Shown: positions 10,298 through 19,543 of the stretch, piece by piece
Layout of the letters: every line of letters begins with the position of its first letter
Numbering within the stretch: position 1 is the stretch's first letter
Assembly: GCA_029865605.1 (NCBI GenBank)
Contig: JAOUGE010000002.1
Location: 24,555-88,554 of the forward strand
DNA length: 64,000 nucleotides
Direction: 5' to 3'
Source: Candidatus Berkelbacteria bacterium
GTDB lineage: Bacteria > Patescibacteriota > UBA1384 > DTJR01
Position numbers and translations under genes: made by a program
The notes under the pieces: model-generated
Told to the model about the DNA's origin: nothing
Databases searched by the model: none
What the model saw: only the letters and a program-made list of their open reading frames with translations

Positions 10298-10780
10298 GTG
10301 GCACCGAGGGCAAAAGCGATCAAATTGCCGCTCATGGCAGCTGACATCGTGGCGATCTTGCCTCACCGCTTCCCGTTCCTTCTCGTAGATCGTGTTGTCG
10401 AGCTGGAGCCGGGCAAGCGGGTGGTTGGACTCAAGAACGTCACGGCCAACGAGCCCTGGGCGCAGGGTCACTGGCCGGAAACGCCGGTCCTGCCGGGTGT
10501 TCTTCAACAGGAGGCGCTGTATCAGCTTGGTGGCATTCTGGCTGTGAATAGTGAGTTTGACGGCCGGAAGCCGGTGCGTGGGAATATCTCGGCCGTCGAG
10601 AAGGTTCGCTACCGCGGGGATGGCGTAATCCCGGGCGACCAGCTGGTCCTCGAGGTCGTGTCTCTTCGCGGAAAACCCGGTGTTGGTATTCTGAAGTTCA
10701 GGGGTGCCGCTCGGGTTGGTGAACTCGAAGTCTGTACGATTGAGGAGTTCACCCTCGCTGTTGAGTTCGCCGAGACCTGA
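10298..10780 (+). CDS. fabZ: FabZ-like 3-hydroxyacyl-ACP dehydratase (hotdog fold), GC-rich
   Basis: ILPHRFPFLLVDRVVELEPGKRVVGLKNVTANEPWAQGHWPETPVLPGVL...EAL. The catalytic His and Glu positions are present. GTG start at 10298 with a GAGGGAGG Shine-Dalgarno. Confidence 0.6.
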   Translation: MAPRAKAIKLPLMAADIVAILPHRFPFLLVDRVVELEPGKRVVGLKNVTANEPWAQGHWPETPVLPGVLQQEALYQLGGILAVNSEFDGRKPVRGNISAVEKVRYRGDGVIPGDQLVLEVVSLRGKPGVGILKFRGAARVGELEVCTIEEFTLAVEFAET

Positions 10781-10806
10781 TCGAGCTGCGATGTGGTGGC
10801 ATACAG

Positions 10807-10848
10807 GGGCGTCCTGAGCGTAGTCGAAGGACGCCCTTTGTGGTTTTA
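10807..10848 (+). terminator. intrinsic terminator
   Basis: GGGCGTCCT...AGGACGCCC 9-bp stem followed by TTTGTGGTTTT. Confidence 0.6.
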
Positions 10849-10887
10849 TAGATATTCTTAACCTGATTTGCTAATATTTAACCAGAC

Positions 10888-10977
10888 GGAGAGATGCAGG
10901 AGCGGTTTAACTGGCAGACCTGGAAAGTCTGTGCGCGGGAAACTGCGCCGTGGGTTCGAATCCCACTCTCTCCGCCA
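10888..10977 (+). tRNA. tRNA-Ser (anticodon GGA), type II with a long variable arm, CCA encoded
   Basis: Acceptor GGAGAGA/TCTCTCC, anticodon stem-loop CAGAC-CTGGAAA-GTCTG, variable arm GCGCGGGAAACTGCGCC, T-arm GGGTTCGAATCCC, discriminator G, then CCA. Confidence 0.85.
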
Positions 10978-11098
10978 GCATATGTTGTGTCGACTGAGGG
11001 GTAGACGCAGCCTGTGCGGGAATGGAACTTGAAAGGCATAAGATTAACTTGAGTGCTGCGAGAGCGAATGATAATATGGGAGTGAGCAAAAGGATAAA

Positions 11099-12907
11099 AT
11101 GACTGTGAAAAAAACCGCTTTAAATTTGTTTAGTATTTTGTCAGGGTTGTTAATAATTTTTTACCCGTTTTTTGTCAATGCTTCTATTGATATTTACTAT
11201 GATTGGACTTATTCAATTGGTGGGACTCAGGACGAAGAAATCCGAGATATTGTTATAGATTCATCTGGAAATGTGTATTTTGTGGGATATTTTAAAGGCA
11301 CGGTAGATTTTAACCCCACAGGTGGAATTGATAGTCATACCTCTGCTGGTGATAGAGATATCTTTTTAACAAAAATTAACTCAAACGGAAGCTATGGTTA
11401 TACTTATTCAATTGGAAATACCGGCAAGGATGATGGCATGGGCATAGCAGTTGATGACTCTGACAATGTATATATAACGGGGCAATTTTCACTGACAGTA
11501 GATTTTAACCCCACCGGCGGGACGGATAATCATGCAAGCAATGGGGGGCAGGACATATTTTTAACAAAAATCAATTCAGATGCTACATACGGATACACCT
11601 ATACTGTGGGTGGAAATAGCTTAGATGAGCCTTCTGAAATAACACTCGACTCATTAAATAATATTTATATCTCCGGTTATTTTTACGATACAGTAGATTT
11701 TAACCCCACAGGCGGAACTGACAATCATGCGAGCAATGGTGAAAACGATTCGTTTTTATTGAAAATTAATTCCGACCAAACCTACGGATATGCCTATACG
11801 ATTGGTGGTCTCAATTTTGATGGCGGCAGTGCTGTTGACTGTGATTCATCTAATAATGTTTATATTTCAGGATATTTTACTGGTTTCAATATTGATTTGA
11901 ACCCCACTGCCGGAATTGATAATCATACTAGCAATGGAAATCGTGATGGATTTTACACTAAAATTAATTCCGATGGAACTTATGGATACAGCTATTCTTT
12001 TGGCGGTAGTAGCGCAGACGGCAGCTCCAGTATTGTTCTTGATTCATCTGACAACATTTATATTACTGGTGGTTTTTTTGGCACCGCCGACCTTGATCCG
12101 ACAGCGGGAACAGAAAATCATACCAGCAGTGGCAGCGCAGATTTCTATTTGATAAAAATTAATTCCGATGATTCATTCAACTTTGCTTACACTTTTGGCG
12201 GAACGGAAGGCGACTATTGCTATAAAGCAGAGATTGACTCTCACGGAAATATGTATTTAGTTGGAGGATATCAAGGAACAGCGGATTTTGACCCCACTGC
12301 AGGTACTGATAATCATACTGCCGTAGCATGGTATGACGCATACTTAGTGAGGATTGAAGCGGATGGAAGCTATGGAGGAATGTATAATTTTGGTGGAATT
12401 GACACTGATATTGCCTATGCAACAGCGATCAATAGTTCCGGAACTTTTTATATCGGGGGTTATTTTATGGAAACGGCTGATTTTGATCCTGGGACAGGGA
12501 CGGAAAACCATACTAGCAACGGAGGTTACGATATATTTTTGTCAAAGTATTCAATAGATTCTGCCCCTCCCATAATTAATAGTGTCAATCTTAGTGAGGG
12601 CCAAGTTATCTCTGGGTCTTACCACATAGAAACTTATGCTGAAGATGCCAAGAGCGGTGTGAAAAAAGTAGAATTTTTCATTGATGATAGTTTTCGATCT
12701 GAAGATTACAACAATCCTGCATATGACTACGAGTGGGACACCACCGGCCTTGCTGACGGTTCATATAGGGTTGGGGTTGTTGCTTATGATAATCAGAATA
12801 ACATGGCACAAGTTACTTATAATGTGCTAGTTGCAAATAGATCGTCACAAGTTTCGGTCGCCAGCGAATTGCCACAGACGGGAAGTGATTTAGGAAATTC
12901 ATTTTAG
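11099..12907 (+). CDS. secreted beta-propeller-repeat surface protein ending in LPQTG
   Basis: N-terminal signal/TM, then about ten repeats of (S/T)xGxxDxF(L/Y)xKINSDG(S/T)YGY..., a C-terminal Ig-like region and an ...ASELPQTGSDLGNSF* end. Confidence 0.7.
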   Translation: MTVKKTALNLFSILSGLLIIFYPFFVNASIDIYYDWTYSIGGTQDEEIRDIVIDSSGNVYFVGYFKGTVDFNPTGGIDSHTSAGDRDIFLTKINSNGSYGYTYSIGNTGKDDGMGIAVDDSDNVYITGQFSLTVDFNPTGGTDNHASNGGQDIFLTKINSDATYGYTYTVGGNSLDEPSEITLDSLNNIYISGYFYDTVDFNPTGGTDNHASNGENDSFLLKINSDQTYGYAYTIGGLNFDGGSAVDCDSSNNVYISGYFTGFNIDLNPTAGIDNHTSNGNRDGFYTKINSDGTYGYSYSFGGSSADGSSSIVLDSSDNIYITGGFFGTADLDPTAGTENHTSSGSADFYLIKINSDDSFNFAYTFGGTEGDYCYKAEIDSHGNMYLVGGYQGTADFDPTAGTDNHTAVAWYDAYLVRIEADGSYGGMYNFGGIDTDIAYATAINSSGTFYIGGYFMETADFDPGTGTENHTSNGGYDIFLSKYSIDSAPPIINSVNLSEGQVISGSYHIETYAEDAKSGVKKVEFFIDDSFRSEDYNNPAYDYEWDTTGLADGSYRVGVVAYDNQNNMAQVTYNVLVANRSSQVSVASELPQTGSDLGNSF

Positions 12908-12972
12908 ACCTTTTGGTTTAATGGGACGTTTTGAAAATATGCGCCACAATAATGGTTTTGACAAGAGGCATT

Positions 12973-13149
12973 ATGGCGAGTGAGCCAAAGGAAGAAAAAG
13001 ACTATGGAGCGCTTTTCATCCCGGGCGGATTGCTCCTGGGGTTAGGTGTCGCGCTTTTAATTGACCCGGGCCTGGTTCCTGGCGGACTGCTTGCTGGTCT
13101 TGGCGCAGGCTTTATCGCTTGGGCGATTGTAAGGGTAGCGAAGAAGTAA
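12973..13149 (+). CDS. small membrane protein (58 aa) with a basic tail (RVAKK)
   Basis: ATG at 12973 with an AAGAGG Shine-Dalgarno. Gly/Leu-rich TM segments. The listed 12931 start is TTG. Confidence 0.35.
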   Translation: MASEPKEEKDYGALFIPGGLLLGLGVALLIDPGLVPGGLLAGLGAGFIAWAIVRVAKK

Positions 13150-13212
13150 GGCGGTCAAGATTTTGCTAGCAAAAATATTTTGGTAGAGTAAATTTAATTT
13201 TTAGGGGGTAAA

Positions 13213-13713
13213 ATGCCAAAGCCAACTCAATATGCGACCCCGATTTGCATCGTTCTTTCAATTGTTGCTGTGATTGGAGTCGTTTTGGGCTTTTACCTTA
13301 AAAATCCGCTTATCCCGACCATTTTAGTTTTACCGGCTGTGGCTTATGAGGTTTATCGCACAGAGGGGAAGTCAACCCGCTGGTCATCAATAGGGATCTT
13401 GCTTCTTATAATCGCCGAACTCGTTTTGATATTTGCGAAGGTGAATTTTGATTTGGCGGGCTATCTCGGCCAAGGCGAGAAATATGTCGGCGGTTATCTG
13501 GTGCCACTTGGGGATATCAAAGTCATAACCCCGGTTATTATTGCCGTCTTATCGATTGTTCTTTTCTTTAGGACTTATGGCAAATACACGAAATGGCTGG
13601 CGGTTGTCATTTTTGCCTCTTGTTTTGCGATTATATACATAATCAACCCATCATTTTTCAGCCAGCTGATTAAGGTTGTTGTTGACGAAGGGCTGTACCG
13701 AATCAGATATTAA
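13213..13713 (+). CDS. integral membrane protein, function unknown
   Basis: 166 aa with about five predicted TM helices. Confidence 0.4.
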   Translation: MPKPTQYATPICIVLSIVAVIGVVLGFYLKNPLIPTILVLPAVAYEVYRTEGKSTRWSSIGILLLIIAELVLIFAKVNFDLAGYLGQGEKYVGGYLVPLGDIKVITPVIIAVLSIVLFFRTYGKYTKWLAVVIFASCFAIIYIINPSFFSQLIKVVVDEGLYRIRY

Positions 13714-13714
13714 A

Positions 13715-14923
13715 ATGATATATCTTGCCCCGATTGCGGGTTATATATTGGGCTCAATCAGTCCCTCATATTTTTTGGGAAGAGTTTTGCGCCATATTGA
13801 TTTACGCGAATATGGCGACGGAAATTTGGGGGCGACTAATACTAAACGCGTTTTAGGGCTTGCTCCGGCCGTGATCACGGCTATTTTTGATCTTTCTAAG
13901 GGGGTACTGGCGCTTTATATTGCCATATTACTTGGGGCACCCGACTGGCTTGCCTATTTGACGGGGCTTCTTGCGGTTGTTGGTCATATTTTTCCCTTTT
14001 ATTTGGGCTTTCGCGGCGGCCAGGGTGCGGCCACGGCCATGGGGCTTTTGTTCTATAGTTTTTATCAGATAATCACCGGTAAAATCTATAATTTAGCTCT
14101 TGATACCCTTTTAGCATTGGTTGTTTTGGGTGTATTGGCTCTTGGCGTTTATTTTATTTCAAGACGAGGAAATATTGTCGGCCTGGTTACACTGCCCGCG
14201 GCAATTGCTTTGGTTTTTCTTGTCCTACCGCTTAAAACCGTTCCTATTTATCTGGCCATTATCTTTGCTTTCCATTTTTCTATTCAGGTTTTTAATCTAG
14301 CTAAGGGCAAGGCGACGTTAAATATTCCTGAGCAGGTATCAAGGCAGATATTCAATTGGCGCTCGATCGCGAGGCCTCTCGCGGCACTTTTTGTAGTGAT
14401 TTCATTTTTTGTCTCGCATAATATTTTGCTTTATTTTGTTGGCGTGATCGCCTTGTTTTTTATTATTTTAGACCTCTTGCGGCTTTTAATCGGGCGTGTC
14501 AACTTTTTATTTTTTGCTAAATTGAAGGGATTTTTTAAGGAGAAAGAGAAAGCTAAGTTTTCCTCAATGACCTTGTTTTTAACGGCGGTATTTATTTTGT
14601 ATTTGGTCTTTCCGGGCAATATTGCCTCGGTGGCAGCGCTGTTTTTGATATTTGGCGATTTAATGGCAAAAGTTTTCGGACTTATCTTTGGCAAAACCAG
14701 GTTTGTCACCAAAACGCTTGAAGGCACGACAGCTTATTTTATTTTTTCGCTTTTGGCGGGGTTTATTTTCTCGCTTTTTACTCCATTGCCATTTTGGATT
14801 CTATCTATTGGCGCGTTGACCGCTGCCCTAGTTGAACCCCTTTCAATCTTTGGCATTGATGATAACTTTACCGTGGGGCTGATTTCCGGCTCGGTGATGT
14901 ACGCGCTATTAGTTTTGGTTTAA
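13715..14923 (+). CDS. plsY: PlsY (glycerol-3-phosphate acyltransferase) domain fused to a C-terminal CTP-transferase-1 family (polyprenol/phytol-kinase / CdsA-like) domain
   Basis: N-terminal half: GDGNLGATN, FDLSKG, GHIFPFYLGFRGGQGAATAMG. C-terminal half: LIFGDLMAKVFGLIFGKTRFVTKTLEGTTAYF, matching GD..A...G...GK...K(T/S)xEG. ATG at 13715. Confidence 0.6.
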   Translation: MIYLAPIAGYILGSISPSYFLGRVLRHIDLREYGDGNLGATNTKRVLGLAPAVITAIFDLSKGVLALYIAILLGAPDWLAYLTGLLAVVGHIFPFYLGFRGGQGAATAMGLLFYSFYQIITGKIYNLALDTLLALVVLGVLALGVYFISRRGNIVGLVTLPAAIALVFLVLPLKTVPIYLAIIFAFHFSIQVFNLAKGKATLNIPEQVSRQIFNWRSIARPLAALFVVISFFVSHNILLYFVGVIALFFIILDLLRLLIGRVNFLFFAKLKGFFKEKEKAKFSSMTLFLTAVFILYLVFPGNIASVAALFLIFGDLMAKVFGLIFGKTRFVTKTLEGTTAYFIFSLLAGFIFSLFTPLPFWILSIGALTAALVEPLSIFGIDDNFTVGLISGSVMYALLVLV

Positions 14924-14959
14924 TTTGACTTTTCTGATTTCTGGTGTTGAACTAAGTTC

Positions 14960-16699
14960 ATGGATCACACCGAAGAGATAAAAAAACGTATCGATATCGT
15001 TGATTTTATCAAGGCGTATTTGCAGTTAAAAAAAGTCGGCATCAATTACAGCGCCTTATGCCCTTTCCACGGCGAAAAAGCCCCTTCATTTATGGTTTCG
15101 CCCGAGCGCCAATCCTTTAAATGTTTCGGCTGCAATGAATCGGGGGACGTAATTTCATTTTTTATGAAGATGGAGGGTCTTGAATTTTCGGAAGCGTTGC
15201 GGATTTTGGGCGAGAGAGTGGGGGTTCAGGTCAGTTTTCGGCCCAAAGAAGAGGTGGATAGGGAGAAATCTAGGCGCGATCGTATCTTTAAAATAAACCT
15301 GTTAGCGGCCAAATATTATAAGGTGGTCTTGCACTCTAAGGCGGGGAAGAAAGCCCTAGCTTATCTCGAAGGTCGAGGCTTAAGTTTAGAGACGATTGAA
15401 AAACTAAAATTGGGCTATGCCTCGCCGGTCAATGAGCTCGAAAAATACTTTAAAAAATACGGTTTTTCCTACCAGGAAATAGCTCTGGCCGGTCATCCTG
15501 AGCGCTTTCGCTACCGCATAATTTTTCCAATAATCGGTGTCTTAGGTCAGGTAGTTGGCTTTTCCGGTCGGATTTTTGAAAAAGAATTGCCTAAAGGTGT
15601 ATCAGCTCATCCAAAATATCTGAATACCCCCGAAACGCCTGTTTTTCACAAATCAAAAGCGCTTTACGGGATAAATATCGCCAAAGACGCGATTAGAAGC
15701 GTAAAAAGAGTGATCGTTGTGGAGGGCCAAATGGATGTTGCCGCGGCTTTTGAGGCTGGTTTATATGAGGCGGTGGCAACTTCAGGAACGGCAGTAACCC
15801 GGGAGCATCTGAAGGCACTTTCTCGCTACACGCCTAATATTATTTTCGCGTTTGACGAAGATGAGGCTGGGGAAAAAGCGGCCAAAGCAGCTGTAGAACT
15901 TGCTTATGAGGAGGCACTTGAGCCACGCCTTACAATCCTTTCCGGTTATAAGGATATCGGGGAAATGGTTGAAAAAAACAAAAAAGCTCTTGCTAAAGCT
16001 GTTGACGGTGCCTTGCCGCCGGTCGAGTGGCTAGTCGAAAGAACTCAAAGAAAATTGGCCGCCCATAAGATGGAGGCGACTGATAAAAAAATCCTTGTTA
16101 GGGAAGCGCTGCCGATGATTAAAAGAATGCAAGATGAGATAGAAAGGGCCCATTATGTTGAGTATTTGTCTGCCGCTGTCGGAGTTCCCCGAATTTCGGT
16201 AGAGAAGGCTTTGGAAGAAGCGAAGGCTCCCGCATCCTTAAAATCAGATCAAAAACAATCAGCGAAGCCCGATTTTGAAGCCGACTATCTTTCCTTTGTT
16301 ATTAATTTCCCCGGCGCAGCGGAAAAACTGGGTTTAAGCAGAAAGGTAAAGCTCAAAAATCCTGATTATAAAAAAATTTACGAAGCCGCTCTGGCCTGTT
16401 ATGATAAAAGCAAAGCTAAGGAGTGCCTTTTGGGGTTATTGGGAGGGTTGCCGCGTGGAATGAAAGAAAAGATTACCTCCTCGGCGCTTGTCTGGGACCA
16501 AAGGTTTGCTGAAAATCCCCAAGCGGTAGAGATCGAGTTTGTGGCGATAAAAAGGAGACTTGAGAGCGATAGTTTAGAGTTGACAAAAGAGAGTTTTGCT
16601 AGTAGAATCGCCGAAGCGGAAAGTACTGGAGATCTAGACAAAGTCAAAGAATTACTTAAGGAGTTGCAAGAAAAACTAAAAAGTGGCGCTGACGGCTAA
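14960..16699 (+). CDS. dnaG: DNA primase DnaG
   Basis: CHC2 zinc finger (CPFHGEKAPSFMV...FKCFGC) and TOPRIM (VVEGQMDV, FDEDEAG). Confidence 0.9.
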   Translation: MDHTEEIKKRIDIVDFIKAYLQLKKVGINYSALCPFHGEKAPSFMVSPERQSFKCFGCNESGDVISFFMKMEGLEFSEALRILGERVGVQVSFRPKEEVDREKSRRDRIFKINLLAAKYYKVVLHSKAGKKALAYLEGRGLSLETIEKLKLGYASPVNELEKYFKKYGFSYQEIALAGHPERFRYRIIFPIIGVLGQVVGFSGRIFEKELPKGVSAHPKYLNTPETPVFHKSKALYGINIAKDAIRSVKRVIVVEGQMDVAAAFEAGLYEAVATSGTAVTREHLKALSRYTPNIIFAFDEDEAGEKAAKAAVELAYEEALEPRLTILSGYKDIGEMVEKNKKALAKAVDGALPPVEWLVERTQRKLAAHKMEATDKKILVREALPMIKRMQDEIERAHYVEYLSAAVGVPRISVEKALEEAKAPASLKSDQKQSAKPDFEADYLSFVINFPGAAEKLGLSRKVKLKNPDYKKIYEAALACYDKSKAKECLLGLLGGLPRGMKEKITSSALVWDQRFAENPQAVEIEFVAIKRRLESDSLELTKESFASRIAEAESTGDLDKVKELLKELQEKLKSGADG

Positions 16700-16723
16700 T
16701 AGCTGTCAGCTGAAAGCTAAACT

Positions 16724-17833
16724 ATGGCTAAGCGGGCAATTAAAATGCCGGTTGACAAGCGGGAAAGACTCACCCCAGAACTTGAGAAACTAATTACCAA
16801 GGGCGACCTTCACAGTTTTGTCACCGAGCACGAGATTTTACAGGCGATTCCCGAACCGGAAAGGAATATTCCTCTCCTGGATCAGCTTTACGCAACTTTT
16901 TTTGAGAAAGGCATACAGGTAGTCGAGAAAACTAGGCTTCTTGATATTGAATCATTTCTGGAGGAGGGCAAAGAAGAGCCGGCCAAAGCCGGTGAGCTTT
17001 CTGAAATTTCGGACGATTCGGTTAGGATGTATCTTCGTGAAATAGGCAAGGTTTCGCTTTTAACTGCTGATGAAGAAATGCGCCTCGCCAAGAGAATTGT
17101 TGCCGGGGATAAAGTCGCCAAGAAAAAGCTGGCCGAAGCCAACCTGCGCCTTGTTGTGTCAATTGCCAAAAAGTACATTGGCCGGGGACTATCGCTTTTG
17201 GATCTGATTCAAGAAGGCAATACTGGTCTCCTGCGGGCGGTCGAAAAATTTGATTTTAGAAAAGGTTATAAGTTTTCGACTTATGCTACTTGGTGGATTC
17301 GCCAGGCGATAACGAGGGCTATTGCTGACCATGCCCGAACGATTAGAATTCCGGTGCATATGGTAGAGACGATTAACAAAATGATCAGGGTTCAACGTCA
17401 ATTGGTCCAAGAGCTCGGCCGTGAGCCGATAGTTAGTGAGGTGGCAAAAGAGATGGGCGTAACGCCCGATAAAGTAGAACACATAATGAAAATCTCCCAA
17501 GAAACGGTTTCGCTTGAATCGCCTGTTGGTGAGGAGGAGGACTCAAAACTCGGAGATTTTATTGAAGATAAAGACTCTCTCTCGCCGGAAGAAGCGACTA
17601 TCCGCTCGATGATGAAGGGCGATCTGGACATTTTTTTGGAATTTTTGTCTCCTCGGGAGCAGAAGATATTAAAAATGCGCTTCGGCCTGGAAAGTGGGAG
17701 GACTCATACTCTTGAAGAAGTAGGGAAAGAATTTGGCGTAACTCGAGAGAGAATTCGTCAAATTGAAGCAAAAGCGCTGCAAAAGCTCAAAAAACATGAG
17801 TCCTCGGGAAGACTAAAAGATTATCTCGGGTAA
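16724..17833 (+). CDS. rpoD: RNA polymerase primary sigma factor (sigma-70 family)
   Basis: Regions 1.2, 2 ([28 protein letters not shown]), 3 and 4 ([24 protein letters not shown]). Confidence 0.9.
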   Translation: MAKRAIKMPVDKRERLTPELEKLITKGDLHSFVTEHEILQAIPEPERNIPLLDQLYATFFEKGIQVVEKTRLLDIESFLEEGKEEPAKAGELSEISDDSVRMYLREIGKVSLLTADEEMRLAKRIVAGDKVAKKKLAEANLRLVVSIAKKYIGRGLSLLDLIQEGNTGLLRAVEKFDFRKGYKFSTYATWWIRQAITRAIADHARTIRIPVHMVETINKMIRVQRQLVQELGREPIVSEVAKEMGVTPDKVEHIMKISQETVSLESPVGEEEDSKLGDFIEDKDSLSPEEATIRSMMKGDLDIFLEFLSPREQKILKMRFGLESGRTHTLEEVGKEFGVTRERIRQIEAKALQKLKKHESSGRLKDYLG

Positions 17834-17835
17834 AA

Positions 17836-19533
17836 TTAGGCCCTCGCCGGCTCTTTTAGTTCCTTAATTTCTTTCAGTTTTAAGTTCTTCAGGCTCTCAT
17901 CGCCCTCAAAAACTTTTCTTAAAACGTGCGAGGCATATTCGCCAGAAACGAGAGTGGGAATTATGACCAAATCGACCCCGTCCTTATAAAGCTCTAATGC
18001 ATCTTGGGTAGAATTAGCGCAGACAATAATCTGCAAATCCCTATTCAATTTTTTATAGGTTTTAACTAATAGTTTATCCTCTTCAAATTTATCAATTGTG
18101 GAGATTAGCATTTTGGCCTTCTCAACAGATAGCTCCTCGGCAATATCGTGATCGACTGCGTCACCGTATATACAGGGCTGATTTTTTTCGACTAGTTCCT
18201 TCATTTTACGCGGGTCGACATCAACGACGACGACATCGCGATTTTCCTTCTTCAGGGTTTCAAGTATTACCGAACCGATTCTGTTGCAGCCGACTAGAAT
18301 TGTGTGATTTTTGAGCTCCTCGGGTAGATTCAGCATTAATCCGTCTTTTTTGCTAGACCGGATAAAGCCTAGGTATGGTCTCAGAGCGGCATAGATTCTG
18401 TCGGAGTGAGAAATGAGATAGGTTGAGACAAAGACGGTGATGATGGCGACGAGGGAAACGAGAGAAACAGCGCTTTGGGGCAGGATTTCAAGCTTCGCTC
18501 CAAGTATTGCAACAATGAAAGAAAATTCGCTGATCTGGGTAAGGGTAATTCCGGTAATAAAGCTGGTTCTTCTTCTAAAGCCCAAAGCCGACATCACTAT
18601 TATTACTATAATTGGGTTGACGATCAGGATAAGCAAGGAGAATATTAGGGCTGGGCCTATTTGGGTGAGGAAATTATCAAAGGCGAGGGTAGTGCCAAGA
18701 TAAATGAAGAAAACCATAATAAAGAAGTCCCGAAGCGGTTTGGTTTTTGCTGCTACGTGAGCACTGTAGGGCAGGGGGGCAAGGGAGATACCGGCCAGGA
18801 AAGCCCCAATTTCGGCCGAGAACCCTAGCGCTAAAGCGATAATGGCTAATAAGAAACACCAAGCTAATCCTGAAAGAAAGAGTAGCTCCTGGTTCCTGGC
18901 GATGCGATGGAAGACGGGGGGTAGGACATAGCGGGCAACGAGGTAAGTCAAAGCGAAGAGAATGATTGCTTTAATCAGGGTTTGGAAAGTGATTTGAAGC
19001 GGTGTTAGGTTTTGGAGTGATGCACTAAAGCCGGAGGAAAGGGCAAGGAGAAGAATGGCGACAAAATCTTGAATTAGAAGCACGCCGATTAAAATCTTGC
19101 CGTGTAAGCTTTCGAGATCATTTCTGTTTGATAAAAGAGTAATAATAATTGCTGTTGAAGAAAAGGCGAAAGCCGCTCCCAGATAGATGGCCCCAGTATT
19201 AGTTAGTCCAATTGCTTTGGCGGCAAGATAATAAACTATGCCTGAAATCACGATTTGGGCTATCCCGATAACCAGGGCGGATTTTCCAACCTCAATTAGC
19301 TTGCGTGGGTTTAGTTCGAGCCCGATGAGATATAGGAGAAAGATAATCCCAATCGAGGCAAAGCTTTCGATCAGCTCACTATTTTCAACTAGGCTAAAGA
19401 CAAATGGGCCGATGATAACCCCGGCGGCGAGATAAGCGAGAATTAGCGGCTGGCGAAGGGCTCTGGCAATTATGCCAAGCCCAGTCGCAACCACCAAAAC
19501 CAAACCAAATTCAATTAGAAATGCTTGGTCCAT
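17836..19533 (-). CDS. CPA2-family monovalent cation:proton antiporter with a C-terminal RCK/TrkA-N domain (Kef-type)
   Basis: About 12 TM helices followed by HTILVGCNRIGSVILETLKKENRDVVVVDVD, a Rossmann GxGxxG-like motif. Confidence 0.75.
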   Translation of the reverse strand: MDQAFLIEFGLVLVVATGLGIIARALRQPLILAYLAAGVIIGPFVFSLVENSELIESFASIGIIFLLYLIGLELNPRKLIEVGKSALVIGIAQIVISGIVYYLAAKAIGLTNTGAIYLGAAFAFSSTAIIITLLSNRNDLESLHGKILIGVLLIQDFVAILLLALSSGFSASLQNLTPLQITFQTLIKAIILFALTYLVARYVLPPVFHRIARNQELLFLSGLAWCFLLAIIALALGFSAEIGAFLAGISLAPLPYSAHVAAKTKPLRDFFIMVFFIYLGTTLAFDNFLTQIGPALIFSLLILIVNPIIVIIVMSALGFRRRTSFITGITLTQISEFSFIVAILGAKLEILPQSAVSLVSLVAIITVFVSTYLISHSDRIYAALRPYLGFIRSSKKDGLMLNLPEELKNHTILVGCNRIGSVILETLKKENRDVVVVDVDPRKMKELVEKNQPCIYGDAVDHDIAEELSVEKAKMLISTIDKFEEDKLLVKTYKKLNRDLQIIVCANSTQDALELYKDGVDLVIIPTLVSGEYASHVLRKVFEGDESLKNLKLKEIKELKEPARA

Positions 19534-19543
19534 CCTTTAGCTG

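Noticed and set aside
9460-10850. Dismissing both GC-rich islands outright as assembly chimeras.
   Set aside because: This cannot be excluded without reads. Both islands have clean promoter-to-terminator boundaries placed exactly in intergenic positions (after the pyk terminator T-run and before tRNA-Ser; after the 58470 gene stop and before the 61645 gene's promoter region), which is more typical of integration than of random chimerism. I keep it as a finding, with chimerism as the stated alternative.
10907-11089. 60-aa minus-strand ORF.
   Set aside because: It overlaps tRNA-Ser(GGA) on the opposite strand, so it is an artefact.
12860-13149. Frameshift joining the LPQTG protein to the downstream small TM/RVAKK ORF, which would recreate a full sorting signal.
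   Set aside because: The two ORFs are in different frames. Stops are present in all three frames between 12905 and 12983 (TAG 12905, TAA 12919, TGA 12981), so at least two frameshifts would be needed. I keep them as separate genes, though the similarity of the basic tails (IVRVAKK / IVYRIAKS) is noted.
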